From the NCBI GenBank assembly GCA_047150005.1, contig AP038806.1:2688001-2752000 (forward strand): a stretch of 64,000 nt of DNA, written 5' to 3'. Positions 38,173-46,577 of the stretch are shown here, piece after piece. Source of the DNA: Nitrospira sp. (GTDB lineage: Bacteria; Nitrospirota; Nitrospiria; Nitrospirales; Nitrospiraceae). The notes beneath the pieces were generated by a model. That model saw only the letters and a list, made by a program, of their open reading frames with translations. It did no database searches and was not told the origin of the DNA. The position numbers and the translations under genes are program-made. Within the stretch, counting starts at the first letter, position 1; every line of letters begins with the position of its first letter.

Positions 38173-39904
38173 GGTCGCGCTTGCGGCCATCCCGTTCCTC
38201 CTCGCCATGACCATGCCCCCGGTCCTTCACGCCACGGAGCCGCCACCTGCAGAACCGGAGTACCGAAAATTCTTTGCCCATTTTGTCGATAAGCGGTCAT
38301 ACAAGGAAAAAGTCCTGAACCTCATCGGTCTCACCAAAGACGATGTAGGGAGGAGCTTTGCCCTGATCGCAGGCGTGTCCGACTATCCGAGGATGCCCCC
38401 GCTGCAGAAAGAGTTGGCGCCCGCGGCGGAAGATCTTCGGAAAGTGGAAGACTACTTGAAGAATGTCGAATTCTTCGACGAGATTGTCGTCCTGCGCAAC
38501 CAGGAGGTATCGCTGGAGAACTTCCGCTATTTCCTGCAAAGCTACTTTCCCCAACGGCTCAAGAACTTCCCGAAATCAAGATTCCTGTTCGTCTATAGCG
38601 GCCATGGGTTCAACGAAGGTCAGAGGAGCTATCTGGTCGAAAGCAACGCGCGCAATCTGCGGGATCGCGAGCACAGCATCAACCTCGGGCATGTGAAGGA
38701 ATGGATCGACGAGGTGGTAGACGCCGGGCACCATGTGTTGGTGCTCTTGAATGCCTGCTACAGCGGTGCGTTCCTCAAACGCGGGTTTGGCGAGGGTAGT
38801 CATTATGTTCCGAAATACGCCGGAGCCCATGCGATCACCGCCGGTGGAACGAAAGAACAAGCCTGGCATGATCCATCCATTGGGGACGGCAGTATTTTCT
38901 TTGAAAAGCTCTTTGCGGGATTGGAGGGGCGAGCAGACACATTGCCCCGCGATGGGGTTGTCACTGTGGACGAGATTGCCACCTACCTGAAGTATGAAGT
39001 CACCATCTCGACCGATCAAACCCAGAATCCCCAGTTCGGGGATATCTCCAAGAACGGCAGTTTAGGAGGCTTTTTCTTTCTGAATCGGCTCAAGCCGGTC
39101 GAGGCCGGGGTCATGACGGCATGGAATCCATCTAAAAGCCTGGCGTTCGGTGCACATGCGGGCCAGTCTACCCAAGAGGCTGGTGCGGGTGGGATGCAGC
39201 AGGCCAGGTTACCAAGTGCTGGGGTGCCTGGACGGTTGGAGTCAGCCTTCACCGGCAAGGACGGCGCGCCGATGGTGCTGATACCGGAAGGGGAGTTCCT
39301 CATGGGAAGCAATGATGGCGATGCTGACGAGAATCCGGAGCGTCGCGTCAATGTCAATGCTTTTTACATGGATAAATACGAAGTAAGCACGAGACTCTAT
39401 TCCCAATTCCTGCAGACGACGAGCCGGAAGCAGCCCGATGACTGGTCTCAGCAGGTGGCGTTGGTCGGGAGTGGAGATCGCCCGGTGGTGCAAGTGAGCT
39501 GGCACGATGCGGATGACTACTGCAAGAGTTACGGCAAACGGTTGCCGACCGAGCAGGAGTGGGAGAAGGCGGCCCGCGGCACCGACGGCCGGAGGTACCC
39601 TTGGGGTAACGAGGAACCCACCAGTCGGCATGCGTTGTTTGACACGCACTGGAATGGCTATGGGACCTTGGCGGTGATCGGGAGCTATGAGGCGGGCATG
39701 AGTCCGTATGGGGTTCATGACCTGGCCGGGAACGTGTGGGAGTGGACGAGTTCGGATTATGACCAGAGCAGAAAGGTGTTCCGCGGTGGGTCGTGGGGGA
39801 TCCTTGTCGCAGGCGGGTTGCGTGCCACGTTCCGGGACTGGTACACCCCGATGCTCAGGAGCCTCGCCGGCGGGTTCCGGTGTGCCCAGGACGTTCCGAA
39901 GTAA
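38147..39904 (+). CDS. Exported caspase-like (Peptidase C14) protease fused to a C-terminal FGE-sulfatase/C-type-lectin-fold domain
   Basis: Signal peptide; FALIAGVSDY, FVYSGHG (catalytic His), LLNACYSG (catalytic Cys), QNPQFG; C-terminal RLPTEQEWEKAARG, DLAGNVWEW, RGGSW...GFRCAQD. Confidence 0.85.
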   Translation: MKKRRAKLEVALAAIPFLLAMTMPPVLHATEPPPAEPEYRKFFAHFVDKRSYKEKVLNLIGLTKDDVGRSFALIAGVSDYPRMPPLQKELAPAAEDLRKVEDYLKNVEFFDEIVVLRNQEVSLENFRYFLQSYFPQRLKNFPKSRFLFVYSGHGFNEGQRSYLVESNARNLRDREHSINLGHVKEWIDEVVDAGHHVLVLLNACYSGAFLKRGFGEGSHYVPKYAGAHAITAGGTKEQAWHDPSIGDGSIFFEKLFAGLEGRADTLPRDGVVTVDEIATYLKYEVTISTDQTQNPQFGDISKNGSLGGFFFLNRLKPVEAGVMTAWNPSKSLAFGAHAGQSTQEAGAGGMQQARLPSAGVPGRLESAFTGKDGAPMVLIPEGEFLMGSNDGDADENPERRVNVNAFYMDKYEVSTRLYSQFLQTTSRKQPDDWSQQVALVGSGDRPVVQVSWHDADDYCKSYGKRLPTEQEWEKAARGTDGRRYPWGNEEPTSRHALFDTHWNGYGTLAVIGSYEAGMSPYGVHDLAGNVWEWTSSDYDQSRKVFRGGSWGILVAGGLRATFRDWYTPMLRSLAGGFRCAQDVPK

Positions 39905-39939
39905 CCCTTTACTCTGTGACCCTGTTACCTTTTCTCTTT

Positions 39940-40044
39940 CGGGTGGTGCGGCGATCGGGCGCCCCGGCGCGCGCAGCGGAAGGGGTTCCCCACGGAGGGA
40001 TGGGTGGAGCGAGCACGGTGGGGCTGTCGCCGTGCCAGGACCCG
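39940..40044 (+). repeat. Structured palindromic element, copy B (homologous to 14771-14873)
   Basis: Stems CGGGT/ACCCG, TGCGGCGAT/GTCGCCGTG and CCCCGGCG/CGGTGGGG; same conserved blocks as copy A. Confidence 0.75.
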
Positions 40045-40135
40045 CTGAGACGGACCTCGGCTGAGGAATTATTTTCGGATTGAGGTTTAAGTTGTGGGCC
40101 AAGGAGACGTTCTCTTCACGATGGGCGAAAGGCGA

Positions 40136-40165
40136 TTGACCAATCAGGCTGCTCCACTCTAAGAT
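40136..40165 (+). promoter_or_regulatory. Sigma-70-type promoter of purMN
   Basis: TTGACC-N18-TAAGAT, 12 nt before the purM ATG. Confidence 0.5.
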
Positions 40166-40177
40166 GCGCGTCCTACC

Positions 40178-41215
40178 ATGACCACCTACCGCGATGCCGG
40201 AGTCGATATCGATGCAGGCGACGAATTCGTCGACCGCATCAAGCCGCTGGTTCGCTCGACCTTCCGTCCCGAAGTGCTGACGGATCTCGGAGGCTTCGGC
40301 GGCCTGTTTCGGTTCCAGGCCAATAAGTACACGGATCCCGTCCTGGTGTCCGGAACCGACGGGGTCGGAACCAAGCTCAAGATCGCGTTCCTGATGGATA
40401 AGCATGACACGGTCGGCATCGATTTGGTCGCGATGTGCGTCAACGACGTGGCGGTCAGCGGCGCGGAGCCTCTGTTCTTTCTTGACTATTTCGCCTCCGG
40501 CAAACTGGCTCTGGCCAAAGCTCAGCATGTGATCGAAGGCATTGCGGAGGGCTGTCGGCAGGCTGGGTGCGCGTTGATCGGCGGCGAAACGGCGGAGATG
40601 CCGTCGTTTTATCCGGATGGGGAGTACGATTTGGCGGGATTCGCCGTCGGGGTGGTCGACAGACCCAAGCTCATCGACGGAAAGTCCATCCTTCCCGGCG
40701 ATGTCGTGATCGGCTTGGCGTCCACCGGTCTGCACAGTAACGGATATTCCCTGGTGCGGCGAATCCTCTTCGACAAGGCAAAGCTGACCGTCGACAGTCG
40801 AGTGGCCGAGTTGGATCATCCGCTTGGAGAGGTTTTGCTGACGCCGACCAGGATTTATGCCAAGCAGGTTCTGACGCTCGCGTCGGAACAGCCGGTGAAA
40901 GGGATCGTGCATGTCACCGGCGGCGGTATCACGGAAAACCTGCCGCGGGTGCTGCCGGACGGGATGCGAGCGCGGATTTATCGGAAGAGCTGGCCGGTCC
41001 CGCCTGTATTCGATCTCCTGAAGCGCCTCGGCCAGGTGGATCGGGAAGAAATGTATCGGGTGTTCAACATGGGGATCGGACTCATTCTGGTGGCGCCGGC
41101 CTCTTCGGCACCCGCCCTGGTGAAACGCGCCTCCGTGCTGGGGGATCGGGGATGGGTGATCGGCGAGATCGTCGGCGCAAATCCGGGAGAGCCGCAGGTC
41201 GAATATGCCGACTAA
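40178..41215 (+). CDS. purM: Phosphoribosylformylglycinamidine cyclo-ligase
   Basis: TDGVGTKL, DLVAMCVND, GGETAEMP, GLHSNGYSL, FNMGIG. Confidence 0.96.
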   Translation: MTTYRDAGVDIDAGDEFVDRIKPLVRSTFRPEVLTDLGGFGGLFRFQANKYTDPVLVSGTDGVGTKLKIAFLMDKHDTVGIDLVAMCVNDVAVSGAEPLFFLDYFASGKLALAKAQHVIEGIAEGCRQAGCALIGGETAEMPSFYPDGEYDLAGFAVGVVDRPKLIDGKSILPGDVVIGLASTGLHSNGYSLVRRILFDKAKLTVDSRVAELDHPLGEVLLTPTRIYAKQVLTLASEQPVKGIVHVTGGGITENLPRVLPDGMRARIYRKSWPVPPVFDLLKRLGQVDREEMYRVFNMGIGLILVAPASSAPALVKRASVLGDRGWVIGEIVGANPGEPQVEYAD

Positions 41216-41879
41216 GAGAGCCGCCCCGCTTCGTGTCGCCGTGCTGGCATCCGGCCGCGGCTCCAACCTGCAGGCCGTCATCGACGCGATCGAGGGGGGG
41301 CGGATCGATGCCACGATCGTGGCCGTCATCAGCAACAAAAAGGACGCTGTCGCCCTGGAGCGAGCTAGGAAACACGGACTCTCGGATATATTCGTCGATC
41401 CCAAACCCTTTGCCGGCCGACCGGACAGTCGAGAGGCCTACGATCACGCGCTCTTGGAAGTACTCCGCCGGCATGAAGCCGAGCTGGTCTTGTTGGCCGG
41501 CTACATGAAGATCGTCACAAGCCTGCTGATCGAAGCCTATGCCGATCGGATGATGAACATTCATCCATCCCTCTTACCCTCTTTCCCCGGACTGGATGTG
41601 CAAAAGAAAGCTATCGACTGGGGATGTAAACTTGCCGGGTGCACCGTGCATTTCGTGACGGAAGGCGTCGACGAGGGGCCGATCATTCTGCAGGCGGCGG
41701 TTCCGGTCCTCGACGGCGACACGCCGGAGACGCTGGCCGCGCGCATTCTCGAACAGGAGCATCGGATCTATCCGCGCGCGGTGGAACTCTTCGCCGAAGG
41801 CCGACTGCGGGTGGAGGGGCGTCGTGTCTTCATCGACGGAGGCAAGCCGCTGGGAGAGGCGCTCCTCTGTCCGTTTTGA
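41205..41879 (+). CDS. purN: Phosphoribosylglycinamide formyltransferase
   Basis: ASGRGSNLQA, LAGYMKI, NIHPSLLPSFPG, GCTVHFV, DEGPII. Confidence 0.96.
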   Translation: MPTKRAAPLRVAVLASGRGSNLQAVIDAIEGGRIDATIVAVISNKKDAVALERARKHGLSDIFVDPKPFAGRPDSREAYDHALLEVLRRHEAELVLLAGYMKIVTSLLIEAYADRMMNIHPSLLPSFPGLDVQKKAIDWGCKLAGCTVHFVTEGVDEGPIILQAAVPVLDGDTPETLAARILEQEHRIYPRAVELFAEGRLRVEGRRVFIDGGKPLGEALLCPF

Positions 41880-41927
41880 CGATCCAACCTTGACACCCAT
41901 TCTACTGCTCTGTACCTTCCTCATCCC

Positions 41928-43364
41928 ATGAAACAGGCTGGCCTATGGATACTGATCGGGCTGATCGCTCTGATTGCTCTATTGAGCCTGACGTTCGGTG
42001 GCGAGTACGTGCGCCCTACCATGAATGCGCCGCTTCCCATGTGGAATCCGGAGTACGGGTATCGCTTTGCCAATCTCCCCCCGTCGGTGGCCGGCAGCAC
42101 GGACAGTCTTTTTATTATGGCCTCCTTTTCCGGAGGTGGCGCGCGGGCCTCCGCCCTTTCCTACGGCGTGCTGCGGGAACTGGCGCGCACGCCGATCGTC
42201 TGGGAAGGCTATCGCAAGAGTCTCGCCGACGAACTCAATGTCATCAATGCCCTATCAGGCGGCAGCTTCACGGCTGCCTATTATGCCCTCTATCATGACC
42301 GCATTTTTCATGACTTCGAATCGCGCTTCCTGCGGAAAGATTGGGAGCATGAACTTCGCGCGAGAATTTTGCGGTCTCCCAGCAATTGGTTACGGCTCTT
42401 ATCCCCCTATTTCGGCCGAGCTCATATCTTTGCCGAACTCCTTGACGAAGAACTGTTCGCCGGGGCCACGTTCAATGACCTCGTCTCGAGCAGCCAGCGG
42501 CCGATCATTTTCATTCATGCCTCCGATATGGCGACCGTCTCGCGATTCGAGTTCAATCAGCGGCAGTTCGATCTGATCTGTTCCGACCTGAGCAAACTGC
42601 CGTTGTCGGTGGCCACCGCCGCTTCGAGCGCCTTGCCACTCGTCCTCAGCCCCATTTCATTGAAGAACTACGCTGGACAATGTGGACTTGACCCGCCGGC
42701 ATACCTGAGCGAGACCAAACGGACCTCGTGGGGTCGAAGGCGCGCCAGTGAGCTGCGGTCATATATCGATGCCAACAAGCGCCCTTACATCCATCTGTTG
42801 GACGGCGGGCTGGCTGATAACATGGGCATGCGCAGCGTGTTGGAGCTCTCAGCCCTCGTGGAAGATCTCGAAGCCACGTTCCAGATTCTCGGAGTGAAGA
42901 CAGTCCGGAAACTCGTGTTCCTGATGGTGAGCGCGGAGACGGATCCGGATCTGAGCCACTACGAACTGGATGAACTTCCTAGCCTCACGCGGGTATTGAA
43001 TGCGTTGGTGGACATCCCGATCAATCGGTACTCCGACGACACCTTGGAGCTGATGCATCAGGCCGTCACACAATGGCAGGTACAACTCCGCGAGCATGCA
43101 CGGACCGAGAAGAGTGTCTTCGCGCCCGATGCGGAAATTTATTTCATCGATGTGAGTTTGTCGGAATTGGAAGACTCTGAGCAAAAGATTCGCCTCATGA
43201 GCATTCCCACGAATCTTGCGCTGAACGATGGTCAAGTCGACGATCTGCTACTGGCCGCATCCAAGCTCATCCGGAACGACAAGGATTTTCAGAGGCTCGT
43301 GCGGGATCTTGAGGTCGAGGCTGCAAAGTCTCCGATCATTTCCCAGTCATCGACCGCACGCTAG
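41928..43364 (+). CDS. Exported patatin-like phospholipase
   Basis: FSGGGARA, LSGGS, LLDGGLADN; N-terminal hydrophobic signal. Confidence 0.85.
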   Translation: MKQAGLWILIGLIALIALLSLTFGGEYVRPTMNAPLPMWNPEYGYRFANLPPSVAGSTDSLFIMASFSGGGARASALSYGVLRELARTPIVWEGYRKSLADELNVINALSGGSFTAAYYALYHDRIFHDFESRFLRKDWEHELRARILRSPSNWLRLLSPYFGRAHIFAELLDEELFAGATFNDLVSSSQRPIIFIHASDMATVSRFEFNQRQFDLICSDLSKLPLSVATAASSALPLVLSPISLKNYAGQCGLDPPAYLSETKRTSWGRRRASELRSYIDANKRPYIHLLDGGLADNMGMRSVLELSALVEDLEATFQILGVKTVRKLVFLMVSAETDPDLSHYELDELPSLTRVLNALVDIPINRYSDDTLELMHQAVTQWQVQLREHARTEKSVFAPDAEIYFIDVSLSELEDSEQKIRLMSIPTNLALNDGQVDDLLLAASKLIRNDKDFQRLVRDLEVEAAKSPIISQSSTAR

Positions 43365-43554
43365 TGAGACGGGGAAACTTTCTCGTTGACTTCGATGACC
43401 GCGAAGGAGCGCGGGTGTCAGTCCATCCGTAAATGCGCTCGGCTTTCAGACTCCAGTACCGAATCATGCCGTCTGAATCTCGGACGATCATCGCCGGAGG
43501 AGCGGCGGATGAAGTCGAGGTATGGATCGCACAGTTAGGCCTTGGCCATCTCAT
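43336..43554 (-). pseudogene. Truncated PAS-domain remnant
   Basis: AMIVRDSDGMIRYWSLKAERIYGWT matches the N-terminal half of a PAS fold; the similarity then ends abruptly. Confidence 0.5.
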
Positions 43555-43623
43555 CGTGCTACACTCCCCGCCGTCATCAAGCCGTTCAATGAGGCCAGCA
43601 CGGCGTACATACAGGAGGGCCGT

Positions 43624-44061
43624 ATGAATTGGGATCGCAATATTCCGAGTTCGTCGCGCTTCACAATCCTTCCCGAGTTCAACAATGAGGCCGTGCGGGA
43701 TAACAATACCGGATTAGTATGGCACCGGACTCCGGATGCCACGCTTCGTGGCTGGCATGATTCACGCGTCTTATGTACCAATGCGCTGGTGGGAGGCGCC
43801 TCTGGTTGGCGTCTGCCGTCAGTAGTCGAATTAAAAAGTCTGCATGATCGCTCACTACCCCCGCCTTTTGTCCCAACCAATATTTTTACCGTCACGGCCG
43901 GTACGTACTGGTCGGCAACAGCGGTGGCGCCCCCGCCGACAGGACAAGCCGTATGGGTGGTCACCTTTGTCGGTGGCGATGCCTTTCCCAACGGCATAGG
44001 GGGCGGCCAAACTTTCCTGGCCTGGGCGGTCCGAGGCCCCATGAACAGCGATACATATTGA
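43624..44061 (+). CDS. DUF1566 (Lcl C-terminal, C-type-lectin-like) domain protein
   Basis: AGGAGG RBS; VRDNNTGLVW, GWRLPSVVELKSL, YWSAT, WAVRG. Confidence 0.82.
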   Translation: MNWDRNIPSSSRFTILPEFNNEAVRDNNTGLVWHRTPDATLRGWHDSRVLCTNALVGGASGWRLPSVVELKSLHDRSLPPPFVPTNIFTVTAGTYWSATAVAPPPTGQAVWVVTFVGGDAFPNGIGGGQTFLAWAVRGPMNSDTY

Positions 44062-44157
44062 ACAGACCGGGCACGGCACAAGCATCGCACGGCCGCACGG
44101 TATCTGACACCGAGGACTTGATGAATGAGTCCGAGGAGCACGTAGGCTCCCTCGCGA

Positions 44158-44192
44158 CGACCGTGCCTTCCCCCAGGGGGAAGGCACGGTCG
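44158..44192. terminator. Perfect 17-bp inverted repeat between convergent genes
   Basis: CGACCGTGCCTTCCCCC-A-GGGGGAAGGCACGGTCG; no U tract. Confidence 0.5.
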
Positions 44193-44207
44193 CCCGGCTG
44201 ACCTTCG

Positions 44208-44843
44208 TCAGAATTTTTCGGGAAACTGTCTCGCCAATGCGCTGGTCAAGGTATCGGCGACGAGGTACATGTGTTGTTTCATGCCTTTCCAGGTTTCGGC
44301 TTCGTGAGCGTATTCTCCGACTTTCAATTGCTGAAACTGTTGGATGTGGTGTGCCGCATGGGTCATGAGCAGACCCATGACCGCGTCCTTGGGCAAGTAC
44401 GGGTTTGCTCCGCTCAGGAATGCGGCAATCTCACCGGCGTTTGCGCTGAGCGCCTTGACCGCCGCCGCCTGCTGAGCCGTATTGCCGGCCGCCGTGGCAT
44501 CCAGATGATCGCGAATCGCACCGTAGTGTCCCGCCAACAGGGCAAACAGTTTATCCGACGCAGGCTTGCCGTAGAACGGTTCGATTGATCCGGCAATCTG
44601 CTCGGCATTTGCCACCACCCCTTTCTCGGCAATCTCGCGGGCTGCCGTATTCTTGTCCATCGTCGCGACCGCCACGTTGCGTATGCCGAAGATATGCCCA
44701 ACCCAGAGATCGCGGAGTGCCGCATTGGTCGCGGCCACCTTTTCGGGTGTTGCCGCGGTGGCCGTCGGTTGCGGCGCATGCGTACAAGCCATCGACCCAA
44801 GAACGAGGACGAGCGTAGAAATCGACCGAAGTGAACGCATCAT
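44208..44843 (-). CDS. His-rich all-helical lipoprotein of unknown function
   Basis: Lipobox GSMAC; helices LRDLWVGH, LLAGHY, LMTHAAHH, MKQHM. Confidence 0.8.
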   Translation of the reverse strand: MMRSLRSISTLVLVLGSMACTHAPQPTATAATPEKVAATNAALRDLWVGHIFGIRNVAVATMDKNTAAREIAEKGVVANAEQIAGSIEPFYGKPASDKLFALLAGHYGAIRDHLDATAAGNTAQQAAAVKALSANAGEIAAFLSGANPYLPKDAVMGLLMTHAAHHIQQFQQLKVGEYAHEAETWKGMKQHMYLVADTLTSALARQFPEKF

Positions 44844-44905
44844 AAGAAACCTCCTTGGTTAAAAACCGGTCAGCCTGTCCAAGCGAGGCGCAGGATAATG
44901 GCCTT

Positions 44906-44934
44906 TAACATACTTTGTCAAGTAATATATGTTA
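44906..44934. promoter_or_regulatory. Palindromic operator between divergent genes
   Basis: TAACATA-N15-TATGTTA with an inner TACTT/AAGTA pair, in an AT-rich intergenic region. Confidence 0.55.
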
Positions 44935-44995
44935 TAAGTGTCTCAATGGCTATTTCGATGGGTTTTCTGTATGATCGGAAAGGGAGATTCTCCGC

Positions 44996-45628
44996 ATGCG
45001 TCCTCAAGGGGATCGACGCGAACAGCTGTTGCGCCTGCTCTTGGAACGAAGGATCGGCCGCACGGTCGAGGACCTTGCGCAGGGACTGCACGTCTCACGA
45101 AACGCCGTCCGTCAGCATTTGACATCCCTGGTCGCAGAAGGGCTGGTCACGAAAGGCTCGACACAAGCGACGGGGGGCAGGCCTGAGCAGCTCTATATGT
45201 TGAGCACGGCGGGCCATGAACATTTCCCGCGGCGATATTCATGGTTTTCTGAGCTATTACTGGAATCCCTGAAGGCGGAAAGGGGAGAAGACGCGCTCAT
45301 TAAACGGTTTGAGAAGCTCGGCGAACAGATCGGGACACAGCTCCGCAGCACTCATCAGCTTCCGGGAAGCGCGTCCGAACAGGTCAAAAAGCTTGCAGCG
45401 GTCATGCAGGATCTCGGTTATGAGGCAACGGCGGTCGAAGGCTCCGGCCGGCAGCTCCCCGTGATTGAAGCCACGAATTGCGTCTTTCATCATCTCGCCA
45501 CCCGCTTCCCGGAGATCTGTCATTTCGATCTGGCTCTGCTCTCGACGTTTGTGGGTCGCCCAGTCGTGCACGACGACTGCATCGTCCGGGGCGGCCATCT
45601 CTGTCGCTTCAAATTTAAAGCTGTGTAA
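44996..45628 (+). CDS. SufR-like winged-HTH metalloregulator with Cys-rich sensor domain
   Basis: HTH DLAQGLHVSRNAVRQHL, GGRP...YML, FPRRY; NCVFH, EICHFD, DCIVRGGHLCRF. Confidence 0.82.
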   Translation: MRPQGDRREQLLRLLLERRIGRTVEDLAQGLHVSRNAVRQHLTSLVAEGLVTKGSTQATGGRPEQLYMLSTAGHEHFPRRYSWFSELLLESLKAERGEDALIKRFEKLGEQIGTQLRSTHQLPGSASEQVKKLAAVMQDLGYEATAVEGSGRQLPVIEATNCVFHHLATRFPEICHFDLALLSTFVGRPVVHDDCIVRGGHLCRFKFKAV

Positions 45629-45705
45629 TGGGCGACCGCCGACGATATGCCCGTGGACGGTGACTTCCAGTGGAGCGCCATGGACAACCAGAAGCACTGA
45701 AGCGT

Positions 45706-45798
45706 GTCATTCCCGCGGAAGCGGGAACCCAGGCAAGGCCTGCTCCTCAGCCTTGAGTCTTGATCGAGGAGTGGATGCCCGCCTTCGCGGGGCAGGAC
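45706..45798. repeat. Inverted REP-like doublet of the GTCATTCCCGCGnAnGCGGGAA type
   Basis: GTCATTCCCGCGGAAGCGGGAACCCAG ... TGGATGCCCGCCTTCGCGGGGCAGGAC. Confidence 0.7.
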
Positions 45799-45823
45799 GC
45801 AAGAGGAAACTGACCCACTATCA

Positions 45824-45972
45824 AAGGTGTTTATCCGGCGGCCTCAATTGAAGAGAGGCTACGCCTGATGAGCCGCCGGCACGAGCAAGCGATTAGTTGG
45901 AAGAAGGACTTACTGAAGGTATCTATCCGCGGGCGTCAATAGAAGAGAGGCTACGCCTGAATAGCCCGCGGC
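45824..45972 (-). repeat. Two tandem copies of a hairpin repeat downstream of tRNA-Ala (third copy at 60752-60817)
   Basis: AAGGTRTYTATCCG...GAAGAGAGGCTACGCCTGA...CGGC at 45824-45890 and 45912-45972. Confidence 0.75.
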
Positions 45973-45989
45973 TCTCACGAAGTGCGGTT

Positions 45990-46065
45990 TGGTGGAGGGC
46001 AGGGGAGTTGAACCCCCGACCCCTACGTTGCGAACGTAGTGCTCTCCCAACTGAGCTAGCCCCCC
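45990..46065 (-). tRNA. tRNA-Ala(CGC)
   Basis: 76-nt cloverleaf: acceptor GGGGGGC/GCCCTCC with G3:U70, anticodon loop TTCGCAA, GGTTCAA T-arm, encoded CCA. Confidence 0.96.
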
Positions 46066-46278
46066 ACACGACACAATGGCTCGGAGATACGAGCATGAGG
46101 ACCGCAGGGTTTGCTGCGCATCATCGCGCAGACGTTAGCTGCGGTAAGGAGAACGGGGAGGAATCAGGCTCGCATCTCCGCATCGACGCATTATACACAA
46201 GCCGGCCCCTGGCTGCTACGGGAGAGTGTGGGGGCATTCTGTGCTGGTGGTGGGCTGCTTTGTGCCAGGGGGTTACTC

Positions 46279-46315
46279 TTGCAAACGTGACTAGAAATGA
46301 CTATATTATAGCCAT
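46279..46315 (+). promoter_or_regulatory. TA operon promoter with overlapping palindromic operator
   Basis: TTGCAA-N17-TATATT; near-perfect palindrome ATGACTATATTATAGCCAT (46297-46315) covers the -10 box and the start codon. Confidence 0.65.
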
Positions 46316-46577
46316 GAGTAGAGTACGGGTTGCTGAGTTGAAAAGCCGCTTGAGCGAACATCTGAGAAAGGTTCGGTCCGGTCGAAGTGTGACGGTCTTG
46401 GATCGGAACACGCCGATCGCGCGCATCATTCCGTATGAGGATGCCGGTTCATCGTTGGTGGTGCGAAGTCCTCTCCCGGATGCTCCGCCGCTGAAACAGA
46501 TGCCATTGCTCCCGCCTCTCCGACTTCGGCGCGACATCGTGGCGTTTCTTCTCGAAGAACGTCAGGGCGAACGATGA
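46314..46577 (+). CDS. Phd/YefM-family antitoxin
   Basis: MSRVRVAELKSRLSEHLRKVRSGRSVTVLDRNTPIARIIP; ATGA overlap with the toxin gene. Confidence 0.88.
   Translation: MSRVRVAELKSRLSEHLRKVRSGRSVTVLDRNTPIARIIPYEDAGSSLVVRSPLPDAPPLKQMPLLPPLRLRRDIVAFLLEERQGER

Noticed and set aside
45864..45895. CTGATGAG resembling a hammerhead ribozyme core
   Set aside because: No following stem II-GAAA, and the motif is not retained in the other repeat copies.
45824..45972. Possible mini CRISPR array
   Set aside because: Only two degenerate long units with internal hairpins, no regular repeat-spacer period and no cas genes.
45990..46010. att duplication of the tRNA-Ala 3' end bounding an island
   Set aside because: No second copy found by eye in the window, and no integrase.
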